Source: a virus (lineage: Duplodnaviria > Caudoviricetes). From it: a stretch of 28,588 nt of DNA. How positions within the stretch are numbered: the stretch's first letter is position 1; every line of letters begins with the position of its first letter. A model generated the notes under the pieces. That model was not told the DNA's origin, did no database searches, and worked only from the letters and a program-made list of their open reading frames with translations. The stretch is taken from positions 1 to 28,588 of IMG/VR virus record IMGVR_UViG_3300037762_000057; one strand, given 5' to 3'. Shown here in pieces: positions 1 to 6,534 of this stretch. The translations under genes were made by a program, and so were the position numbers.

Positions 1-1
1 T

Positions 2-358
2 GATGACAACTATCAACAGAAGTTCGGCGTGCGGTATCCGGTCACGGCGAAGGACGCGGCACTCTCGAAGCGGTTACTCGGGCTCTACACGTTGGCGCAG
101 CTCTATATCTGGGACGATCTATTTTTCGAGATGGACGACGACTTTATCAAGCAATCGGGCTACACGTTCGGGGTGTTCAGTGCGTGTCTGGCAAAGGTGA
201 TCGCCCGCAGTGCCAAGGCGCAGCCGCAACCATCATGGACGCCAGAGCAGATGACACACGTGGAGCGGGTCAAGGCACAGCAGCGCGAGGCGTTCGAGGC
301 GGATCGGGCGGCGCTGACGGAGGCGTACTATCGTACGCACCCCTGGGCCAAGCGATGA
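2..358 (+). CDS. 5'-truncated hypothetical protein, possibly the C-terminus of a phage replication initiator
   Basis: Frame is open from base 2 (DDNYQQKFGVRYPVT...), so the true start lies upstream of the window. Function is a guess from its position before the accessory cluster. Confidence 0.6.
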   Translation, partial: DDNYQQKFGVRYPVTAKDAALSKRLLGLYTLAQLYIWDDLFFEMDDDFIKQSGYTFGVFSACLAKVIARSAKAQPQPSWTPEQMTHVERVKAQQREAFEADRAALTEAYYRTHPWAKR

Positions 359-420
359 GTCCGCAGGGGCGCGCGTGGATCCGGTCGATCAGGGCCGAGA
401 GGGAGCGACAGGAGAAGTAA
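355..420 (+). CDS. 21-aa minigene (MSPQGRAWIRSIRAERERQEK)
   Basis: ATGA overlap with the upstream stop and TAATG overlap with the next gene. Its C-terminus matches that of ORF 855-1067 (RSIRAEREK). Confidence 0.4.
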   Translation: MSPQGRAWIRSIRAERERQEK

Positions 421-659
421 TGGCTGGGGACAAGGAGCCGATGAGCGTCACGGTGGAGCGTTTGCGGGCAATTGCCAAGGAGCATCCTTTGCCGGATAAC
501 GTGCTTGACCGTCTGCAATGTATCCGCGCCTGTGGCGGTGATTTTGAAACCATCGGCCCAAACCACGAGCACTTCTGCCCGCTGTTTCAGGAGTCTGATA
601 CGCAGAAGGTGGTGACGTGCGCGTGCGGCCATAAGCATGTCTGCGATCAGGTGACGTGA
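420..659 (+). CDS. Small Cys/His-rich hypothetical protein
   Basis: ATG at 420 follows GGAGAAG. Contains CxxxC, HxxFC and CxCxH motifs. Confidence 0.6.
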   Translation: MAGDKEPMSVTVERLRAIAKEHPLPDNVLDRLQCIRACGGDFETIGPNHEHFCPLFQESDTQKVVTCACGHKHVCDQVT

Positions 660-660
660 A

Positions 661-858
661 ATGGAAGGCGGTCGCGGGCAGCGAATGGATGAGCTGCGCC
701 AGCTTGCGAATTGGATTGAGCAGCACTTCAGCTTAAGTGTTCAGCCGAAGATTCACAACGCGACGGAGGCCGAAGTGATCTACGCGCAAGTGCTGTATCG
801 CCTCGGCGGCCTCGCGGCTGAAACGAAACAGACAATCGCACGAAAGGACGCGCTATGA
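661..858 (+). CDS. Hypothetical protein
   Basis: Fills the gap between neighbours and has an ATGA overlap with the next ORF. Start could be 685. Confidence 0.55.
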   Translation: MEGGRGQRMDELRQLANWIEQHFSLSVQPKIHNATEAEVIYAQVLYRLGGLAAETKQTIARKDAL

Positions 859-1067
859 AAGTGTTTTGGTGGCAGGGTGGATTACACATTGAACCCGAGA
901 GTGATGAGGACAGACACGTCCTGTCCGTGTTGGCGCAGTGCGTGAAACTCTCGACGTTGGTCGGCTCTCACGGTACACAGGTAGTCAGCGGAGCGAGCGG
1001 ATCGGCAACTAGCGCAGCGCAAAAGTCCATCTCCGATCGGTCGATCAGGGCCGAGAGAGAGAAGTAG
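855..1067 (+). CDS. Hypothetical protein whose C-terminal half is encoded by repeat R1
   Basis: AAAGGA upstream and ATGA overlap. MKVFWWQGGLHIEPE core followed by repeat-derived sequence. Confidence 0.6.
   Translation: MKVFWWQGGLHIEPESDEDRHVLSVLAQCVKLSTLVGSHGTQVVSGASGSATSAAQKSISDRSIRAEREK
959..1032 (+). repeat. Cassette repeat, right-type copy R1 (no clear left partner)
   Basis: ggtcggc at 959. gcggagcgagcgg at 988-1000 is identical to 4486-4498. agcgcagcgcaaaagtccatct resembles agcgcagcgcaagtctcatct of R4. Confidence 0.7.
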
Positions 1068-1178
1068 GGACATGACCTCGCCGTTCTTTGCTGAGTATTT
1101 ATTGTGGCGCAGTCGGTATCGGAAGTGGCTGCGAGCGTGGCGATTATGGCCGGTGGCGACAATCCACGGGAGGCGCAA

Positions 1179-1466
1179 ATGACTATGAACAATTGTCAAT
1201 GTGGTCGGGCTGTTCGGTTGGGTGCGTATCGCCTATCTATCAATCGCAAGCGCGGCGTGGCGCATTACATTGCCCACATGGACGCAACGCCACTATGTGG
1301 AGGCCCGCGAGAGTGCGCGATGCTCAAACCGTATCCGAAGCGCGAGGAGGATAAGCCGCGATTCGCCATGGTGGTGCGCTGGAACCACGAGAACTCAGCA
1401 ACGGGCGGCAATCAACCCTCGGAGGCGATAGCGAGCGGTGTCAACCGTGGGAGCGAAGCGCCATGA
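1179..1466 (+). CDS. Hypothetical Cys-containing protein ending in repeat R2
   Basis: GGGAGG at 1168-1173 precedes ATG 1179, preferred over the track's GTG at 1104. Ends ...GGNQPSEAIASGVNRGSEAP. Confidence 0.6.
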   Translation: MTMNNCQCGRAVRLGAYRLSINRKRGVAHYIAHMDATPLCGGPRECAMLKPYPKREEDKPRFAMVVRWNHENSATGGNQPSEAIASGVNRGSEAP

Positions 1467-1478
1467 TCTGTAATTTCG
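1394..1478 (+). repeat. Cassette repeat, right-type copy R2
   Basis: gcggcaatcaacc...agcgagcgg...ggagcgaagcgccatgatctgtaatttcg aligns to R3. 1450-1478 is a 28/29 reverse complement of 4140-4168. Confidence 0.85.
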
Positions 1479-1507
1479 ATTCGTCGGTCGAGAGGGGAGC
1501 GGGCTAG

Positions 1508-1804
1508 ATGACACATCAGGACGTGGATCGGTTGCTGGCGCTGCGGGCCGATCTCTTCGCGGCTCTCAAGGACGCACTGGAGGCGGATGGGCACTGCAAG
1601 CACTACGAGGGCACGTTCCTGATCCGCCTGCCGAATTACTTCGAGCAGGAAGACGAGGAGCCGTGGCAGGTGACGTTGGACTGCTACAAGATCGGCCCCG
1701 CACGGCATTACGAGTGGAGCGGCTGGACACTCTCCGACGCGATCACGAAAGCCGAATCTGAGATACGCGCGTGGATTGCGGACGACCGCGCAGAGGCGGG
1801 CTAG
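1508..1804 (+). CDS. Acidic hypothetical protein
   Basis: GGGGAG upstream. Flanked on both sides by the 12-bp repeat gcgggctagatg. Confidence 0.7.
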   Translation: MTHQDVDRLLALRADLFAALKDALEADGHCKHYEGTFLIRLPNYFEQEDEEPWQVTLDCYKIGPARHYEWSGWTLSDAITKAESEIRAWIADDRAEAG

Positions 1805-2134
1805 ATGGCGCACAAGTATGGCGCGAAGGCGGTGGTCATCGACGGCATCCGCTTCGCGAGCCAAGCGGAGGGGCGGCGCTATGGAGAATTAAAGATGCTC
1901 GAGAAGGCCGGGGAGATTTCGGAGTTACAGCTACAGCCGCGCTATGGGTTAAACGCCGGGAATAACAGGCGCGTGTTGGTGGGCGAGTATCGGGCAGATT
2001 TCTTCTACGTTGATCGCGACGGCGATCCAGTGGTCGAAGATGTGAAGGGATTTAAGACGTCACTCTACCGCTGGAAGAAGAAGCATTTCGAGGCTCAGTA
2101 CGGCATTGAGATCACGGAAGTGACGTACCGATGA
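1805..2134 (+). CDS. DUF1064-family PD-(D/E)XK nuclease-like protein
   Basis: KYGAKAVVIDGIRFASxxE, LQLQPRY, YRADFFY, VVEDVKGFKTxxYRWKKK are hallmark DUF1064 motifs. Confidence 0.9.
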   Translation: MAHKYGAKAVVIDGIRFASQAEGRRYGELKMLEKAGEISELQLQPRYGLNAGNNRRVLVGEYRADFFYVDRDGDPVVEDVKGFKTSLYRWKKKHFEAQYGIEITEVTYR

Positions 2135-2370
2135 GCACCCTTCAAGCCCGCCGTCGAGCCCACGAGAAGCGCTACCAGCGTGTGCAAGCCTCTGGGCTGT
2201 GCCATCACTGCGAGCAGGCTCCGCGGGTCACGTCGCGGTTCTGTCGCCCCTGCCAGGATCGGGTCAGTGGACTGGCGAGACAGCGGTATCGGCGGAGTGA
2301 TTATGGAGCGGCGTTTACGGTGGCAGTGATTCAGGCTGGTCAGGCCGTGTCCCAGAGAGGGTGGCAGTAG
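2131..2370 (+). CDS. Basic Zn-finger protein
   Basis: GLCHHC...FCRPC motif and ATGA overlap with the upstream gene. Confidence 0.7.
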   Translation: MSTLQARRRAHEKRYQRVQASGLCHHCEQAPRVTSRFCRPCQDRVSGLARQRYRRSDYGAAFTVAVIQAGQAVSQRGWQ

Positions 2371-2377
2371 AGGAGGC

Positions 2378-2707
2378 ATGATGGAGAAGAAGGATCAAGA
2401 TTCTGGCGCAGGGCTCATCCATCAAGTTGCAAGTCCCTCAGCCGAGACCGAGCCGCGTCCGAACTGTTCCTGCGAGAATCCGTACTGTGGTGGTCGTCAT
2501 GTAGAGCCGGATCGGTTCTGGAGAATTGTGCGGGCCACGTTGGTGGATTACCGGGAAATGACAGACCCCGATCACGGGGATCTCGTCATTGCCGAAGAAG
2601 CGATCATCGCGGCAGCTCGATCCGCGTGGTCGTCCATACAGGTCGGCAGCGGCAACCAACCGACTAAGGAACAAGCGGCCTCTCCGCACAGGAGCGCAGC
2701 GCCATGA
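2378..2707 (+). CDS. Cassette ORF: hypothetical core framed by peptides encoded by repeats L1 and R3
   Basis: Strong AGAGGAGG RBS. N-terminus KDQDSGAGL...TEPRPN and C-terminus QVGSGNQP...RSAAP are shared with ORF 4132. Confidence 0.75.
   Translation: MMEKKDQDSGAGLIHQVASPSAETEPRPNCSCENPYCGGRHVEPDRFWRIVRATLVDYREMTDPDHGDLVIAEEAIIAAARSAWSSIQVGSGNQPTKEQAASPHRSAAP
2397..2464 (+). repeat. Cassette repeat, left-type copy L1
   Basis: aagattctggcgcagggctc...accgagccgcgtccgaac aligns along its length to L2 (aagatcatggcgcttcgctc...accgaggcgctgccgaac). Confidence 0.75.
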
Positions 2708-2711
2708 GCTT
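2639..2711 (+). repeat. Cassette repeat, right-type copy R3
   Basis: 2639-2654 is identical to 4456-4471 (16 bp). 2674-2702 matches 4494-4522 at 27/29. Confidence 0.9.
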
Positions 2712-2943
2712 TTTCCGTAGACTCTGGACAGGCTGTTACGCCCACGACGATCAGCGGGAGCGGGATGCGGCCGGGCGCGCGATCCTCGTGTGTCAGACGT
2801 GTGGCCGGCGTCAGGGCGTCTTGGAGAGCGAGATCGTGCGCGGGCCACAGCATGAGCAAGCGCCGGTCCTGGGGCATCCTCGAGGGAAAGCGCGGCGGCA
2901 GTGGCCTGAGAAAGTCCGGGAGCTGCGGCGGAGCGAGAAGTGA
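2704..2943 (+). CDS. Small Zn-ribbon-like hypothetical protein
   Basis: ATG and GGAG RBS are supplied by repeat R3. CxxH...CxxCG motif. Confidence 0.65.
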   Translation: MSFFRRLWTGCYAHDDQRERDAAGRAILVCQTCGRRQGVLESEIVRGPQHEQAPVLGHPRGKARRQWPEKVRELRRSEK

Positions 2944-2978
2944 CCTCGAAAGCGGACACATGCGGTAATTGTTGAATC

Positions 2979-3022
2979 TACGCTAAGCGTTCGATTGTGC
3001 TTGACTGGCTAATACGCTAAGC
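2979..3022. promoter_or_regulatory. Two putative operator boxes (tacgctaagc)
   Basis: 10-bp direct repeat at 2979-2988 and 3013-3022. ACGCT-A-AGCGT (2980-2990) is an interrupted palindrome, and the second copy sits in the promoter spacer. Confidence 0.6.
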
Positions 3023-3029
3023 ATAGACT
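3001..3029 (+). promoter_or_regulatory. Sigma70-type promoter driving a leaderless mRNA
   Basis: TTGACT (3001-3006), 17-nt spacer, TAGACT (3024-3029). ATG at 3036 falls at the expected +1 and has no SD. Confidence 0.75.
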
Positions 3030-3035
3030 CTGAAT

Positions 3036-3245
3036 ATGGCAAACAACACAACGCAACGAATCGTGCTTCCGGGTGTGATGGGCGGCGAATGGTCGGTATG
3101 GGAGGCCGGGAAGGTGATCGCCGAAGGGCTGTCTGAGGCTGACGCCCGCGCTGTTGCGGTCGAACCTGATCGGACGTGTCAATCGGGGACCGCGCCAGAT
3201 GGCTGGTGCCGAAACGAATACTGCAAGACGCACGGTTCAGCATGA
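3036..3245 (+). CDS. Small hypothetical protein with C-terminal Cys/His cluster
   Basis: Starts at the predicted +1. C...CxxxxCxxH motif. Confidence 0.65.
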   Translation: MANNTTQRIVLPGVMGGEWSVWEAGKVIAEGLSEADARAVAVEPDRTCQSGTAPDGWCRNEYCKTHGSA

Positions 3246-3433
3246 AAACCCTCTCCGAACGGATCGACGACTACATGCAGCGCAAGGGGAAGGATCGGCA
3301 GACGGCGATTGACGATCTGTTGAAATTCGCCCTCGATACACTCGACGGCCGGCGCAAGGGCGGATCCAAAACCGGCAACCGCCCCCAACAGGAGAAACAC
3401 CTGGCCAGGGCTCGGAAGGTCAGGGCGAAGTGA
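3242..3433 (+). CDS. Small basic putative DNA-binding protein (RHH-like helices)
   Basis: ATGA overlap. LSERIDDYMQRKGKDRQTAIDDLLKFAL resembles the two helices of CopG/Arc-type proteins, followed by a basic tail. Confidence 0.55.
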   Translation: MKTLSERIDDYMQRKGKDRQTAIDDLLKFALDTLDGRRKGGSKTGNRPQQEKHLARARKVRAK

Positions 3434-3468
3434 CGGTGTGGGAGCTGCGGCGGCAGGGGGAGAAGTAG

Positions 3469-3666
3469 ATGAGCGAGCGTAAAGAGCAGGCCATTTACGA
3501 CGCGGTTCACGAGGCGATCATGCAGGTGCGTATTCGCTTGTCGCGCGAGAAGCCAAGCGTCGACGCGGCGATTGACACCGCCATTGCCCAAGCCGGGCAT
3601 GCGGCCGGGATGGCTGCTATCGCGGCGTACCGCAAGCCGTTGACGAAGAAGCGGGCGTCCCGGTGA
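3469..3666 (+). CDS. Hypothetical protein
   Basis: GGGGGAG RBS before ATG 3469. Confidence 0.65.
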   Translation: MSERKEQAIYDAVHEAIMQVRIRLSREKPSVDAAIDTAIAQAGHAAGMAAIAAYRKPLTKKRASR

Positions 3667-3688
3667 GGCTCTCTCACCACTCGGACGC
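3655..3688 (+). other. GC-rich stem-loop at a gene end, possibly a terminator or processing site
   Basis: gcgtcc/ggacgc outer stem and ggtgag/ctcacc inner stem. Followed by tgtatata rather than a clean U tract. Confidence 0.35.
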
Positions 3689-3748
3689 TGTATATAGAGC
3701 GCAGCGCAGAAGAAAGAACGCATCGAGTTTGGAGAGGATGACACCCCC

Positions 3749-4135
3749 ATGACGAGAACGATTGAGGATTACGCGCGGCACGACGGCGACTGTAAATCGT
3801 GGCGCTGTAACCAACGCCCCGCGCCGGTGCCTAATACTACCTTTGGCTGGTGCGGTGCCACGCGCGATAGCGAGATTCACTACGTCGGCACAGTGGACAG
3901 CCACGCGTTTGAACCGCATCCCTGTTCCTGTGGCCTCGACGCCCTGCTCTCCGTCGCCCCGTCCCCGCCTGAACCAGTGGCCCATTATTGGACACCTGAT
4001 CCAACGAAGCGGTTCTGCGTCATCTGCGGCGACAACGGCATCGGCAGCGTGTGGGGCATCCACCGATTTCAGATTCAACCGGGCGATCCCGACTTCAAAG
4101 CCACGTCCCCGCGCGTCCCACAGGAGGAAGAATGA
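3749..4135 (+). CDS. Cys/His-rich hypothetical protein
   Basis: GGAGAGGA upstream. HxxxC...CSCGLD and CxxC...H motifs. Confidence 0.65.
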   Translation: MTRTIEDYARHDGDCKSWRCNQRPAPVPNTTFGWCGATRDSEIHYVGTVDSHAFEPHPCSCGLDALLSVAPSPPEPVAHYWTPDPTKRFCVICGDNGIGSVWGIHRFQIQPGDPDFKATSPRVPQEEE

Positions 4136-5352
4136 AAGACGAAATTAAAGATCATGGCGCTTCGCTCCTGCCCGCAGACCCGAGTGCTTCGCCTGCGACC
4201 ACCGAGGCGCTGCCGAACATGGTGAGCGGCAACGCCTCACAGGGTGACATCGAAATTCGCTTCGATCCCCCCGACGAACACAACGTCAGCGCGATAGATG
4301 AAGTCGTGGCTCGTGACGCGCATGTGCATCTTGAGCGCATGGATAAGGGCCAATGGAGTCTCATCATTGATGCCAAGACGCAGCGCGCCTGCTTCATGAT
4401 CAACGGCAAGGACACCGCGCGCTCGCCAGTAACGACTCAGGTGTTCTGGATTGATCAGGTCGGCAGCGGCACCCCAGACGCATCGGCGGAGCGAGCGGCC
4501 TCTACGCGCAGGAGCGCAGCGCAAGTCTCATCTTCTCAAGACGTTAGCCCTTCGAACCCTGACTCGCCCTCTGAATGTGTGAACTGCCAGCAGGTGATCA
4601 CCTCGAGCGCGGGGGAGATTTGCGACCCCTGCTACGAGCGGCTGGTGCGCCGATATACGGCGGCGTCTCAGCCCTCCGGAGCGGTGCAGGCAGCGATCCA
4701 TGAGGTGTTTCTGCGTTACGACGAGGACGGCCGCGAGTCATTCGAGCGCGATCTCACACAGGCCGTCACCGCCGTGCGCGCCGACGCCTCCCGCGAGGCG
4801 CAGCAGCTCTTATCCACGATCAACGTGGATGGCTCCCTGGTGACCTTCGAGGAGCATCTTGACACACTCCAGGAGGCGATGCGCTACCTCGGGAAAGCGG
4901 CGGAATTGGACGCCTACGAAGCCAGAGCGGCACAGGCGGAAGCCACGGCCCGCGAGGCACAGCAGCGGATCGAGGACTACCGATCGCGCGCCGAGGCGGA
5001 AATGCGCCACGCCGATGACATCTTGAAAGGCCACGATCATTTATGTGGATTCCGCGAGCGCGTTAATCAGCAGGCCGCGCAGATCGCGGAGCTGGAGAAG
5101 GAACGCGATCTTGCGTGGGGCGATCTAGGGTTCACGAAGAACGACCTCAGTAATGCGCTCTCCCGCGCCGAGAAAGCCGAGTCCACAGCTCGCGAGCAGG
5201 CCGCGCAGATCCAGACCCTCCGGGAGGCGCTGGAGCGGGCGAAGGTGTGCCGATGGGGATCATCGCACTACTGCCCCAATTGTGATCGTTCCATTGATGA
5301 CATTCTCAATGCCGAACCGTCGATTGCCGCCCTCACGGCGTCCCAGCCATGA
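4132..5352 (+). CDS. Mosaic accessory protein: L2-core-R4 cassette fused to a CxxC..CxxC finger and coiled-coil modules
   Basis: AGGAGG RBS and ATGA overlap place the start at 4132, not 4051. R4 lacks the stop found in R2/R3, so the frame reads on. Confidence 0.75.
   Translation: MKDEIKDHGASLLPADPSASPATTEALPNMVSGNASQGDIEIRFDPPDEHNVSAIDEVVARDAHVHLERMDKGQWSLIIDAKTQRACFMINGKDTARSPVTTQVFWIDQVGSGTPDASAERAASTRRSAAQVSSSQDVSPSNPDSPSECVNCQQVITSSAGEICDPCYERLVRRYTAASQPSGAVQAAIHEVFLRYDEDGRESFERDLTQAVTAVRADASREAQQLLSTINVDGSLVTFEEHLDTLQEAMRYLGKAAELDAYEARAAQAEATAREAQQRIEDYRSRAEAEMRHADDILKGHDHLCGFRERVNQQAAQIAELEKERDLAWGDLGFTKNDLSNALSRAEKAESTAREQAAQIQTLREALERAKVCRWGSSHYCPNCDRSIDDILNAEPSIAALTASQP
4140..4218 (+). 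repeat. Cassette repeat, left-type copy L2
   Basis: Its reverse complement (gttcggcagcg...gcaggagcgaagcgccatgatctttaatttcg) aligns to R2, R3 and R4. Confidence 0.9.
4456..4535 (+). repeat. Cassette repeat, right-type copy R4
   Basis: caggtcggcagcggca...agcggcctctacgcgcaggagcgcagcgc is a direct repeat of R3 and an imperfect inverted repeat of L2. Confidence 0.9.
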
Positions 5353-5633
5353 CTGACGGCGCGCTGCGTGTGCATCGTTGTCGAGCTCGCCGGAGAGCGA
5401 AGGGCCAATGCGCCCAATGCGGGCGTGTCTCTGACTACGGCTATTACTGCCGGAAATGCAGCCAGGATCGCTCAGAAACGATTACGCGGTGCGTCCGCCA
5501 CTGGCGAGCGGCGCTGGACTTCCTCGCTTGGTGGGGCTTGCTCGCGGAGAATCGGTGCATTGCGTGTGGCCATCCGAAAGATCGCTTCCACGACTTACAG
5601 CACAAGGGCTGTCGGCCGGCAAAAGCCGCGTAA
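5349..5633 (+). CDS. Basic Zn-finger protein
   Basis: GQCAQCG...YCRKC and CIACGH...H...C motifs. ATGA overlap. Confidence 0.7.
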   Translation: MTDGALRVHRCRARRRAKGQCAQCGRVSDYGYYCRKCSQDRSETITRCVRHWRAALDFLAWWGLLAENRCIACGHPKDRFHDLQHKGCRPAKAA

Positions 5634-5679
5634 ATGTAAGCGTAACGCTCCCTCATTTCTGCCTCATCCTGAATACTGG

Positions 5680-6027
5680 ATGAGCACATCCTTCGGCCCG
5701 TGTCCACCTGAGCGTGCGTCGGTCGCTGCCGACACGCCGAAGCTCTCTCTTGACGATCAGGTTAAAGCCCTCCTCCAGCATTCACGAGCTGCGCACGCCC
5801 TGAAGCTTACCTGTACAGGAAAATCCAAGAACGGCCAGGTGATCGAGCCTCCGAACTGGCCGACCGCCGAAGCCCACATTCGGGACGCCATCAGGCACCG
5901 AGAACAGGCGGAGGCGTTAGACCCCCAACACACCGCGCCCGCCTGGGCCGAGGATCAGGCGGCCAATAAGGGCCAGACGAGTGCCGCGATGCAGACGTGG
6001 TTCCGGCATTACCTGACGATTCCATGA
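5680..6027 (+). CDS. Hypothetical protein
   Basis: ATG 5680 avoids overlap with 5349-5633. The longer track ORF starting at 5368 is likely over-extended. Confidence 0.6.
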   Translation: MSTSFGPCPPERASVAADTPKLSLDDQVKALLQHSRAAHALKLTCTGKSKNGQVIEPPNWPTAEAHIRDAIRHREQAEALDPQHTAPAWAEDQAANKGQTSAAMQTWFRHYLTIP

Positions 6028-6108
6028 ATAGACGCGCCTTCCTCTCAACGCATATTGAGGATTCAGGCCAGAAAATGGCACCTCCCCACCGCATGCTAGA
6101 GCTTACGC

Positions 6109-6534
6109 ATGGCTGACGCATTCAGACATGCGCCTCGGGGCCCGTTGAAGGTCAAAGACCCCATAGAGGGGATCGACCCCTTGGAGGGTAAATGCAAGGC
6201 CACCAACCGCCAAGGGAAGCGTTGCGGCAAGTACGCCATCCCCGGAGGCACCGTGTGCCGGATGCATGGTGGCGCCGCGCCACAGGTCAAAAACAAGGCG
6301 GAGGAGCGCTTGCGGGCGCTCGAGATGCCCGCGATTGACCGCATGGCGAAGCTGATTAACCAGGATGAGTTTCCCTCAGTGGCCTATCAGGCGTCGAAGG
6401 ATGTGCTCGATCGCTTACGTGGGCGGGCGACCGAATTCATTGATGCCAAGGTTACGAATCTCACCAACCTCTCGGATGACGAACTGCGGGCCAAGGCGAT
6501 TGAGCTCATCGGGAGCCGAGCTGATGCCGAGTAA
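6109..6534 (+). CDS. terS: Terminase small subunit with HGGxSTG-type Zn motif
   Basis: CKATNRQGKRC...CRMHGG motif, a DVLDR helix and an LSDDEL tail. Directly upstream of and overlapping terL. Confidence 0.8.
   Translation: MADAFRHAPRGPLKVKDPIEGIDPLEGKCKATNRQGKRCGKYAIPGGTVCRMHGGAAPQVKNKAEERLRALEMPAIDRMAKLINQDEFPSVAYQASKDVLDRLRGRATEFIDAKVTNLTNLSDDELRAKAIELIGSRADAE

Noticed and set aside
959-4535. Early-region repeats as a CRISPR or other guide-RNA array
   Set aside because: Copies are degenerate, irregularly spaced by hundreds of bp, occur in both orientations and enclose ORFs. No cas-like gene is present.
2397-4535. Repeats as canonical integron attC sites
   Set aside because: Individual copies do not show the internal RYYYAAC...GTTRRRY hairpin; the AAC/GTT-like ends face the gene instead. 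No intI is in the window.
6075-6108. Late promoter before terS (tgc-TAGAGC, 6 nt, ATG)
   Set aside because: Spacing would fit a leaderless start, but the conserved last T of the -10 is missing and the -35 is poor, so it is not supportable.
4051-6523. Upstream-extended starts in the ORF track (4051, 5368, 6365; likewise 13564, 24649, 26859, 27574)
   Set aside because: They overlap real upstream genes. Downstream ATGs with an RBS or stop-start coupling fit better.
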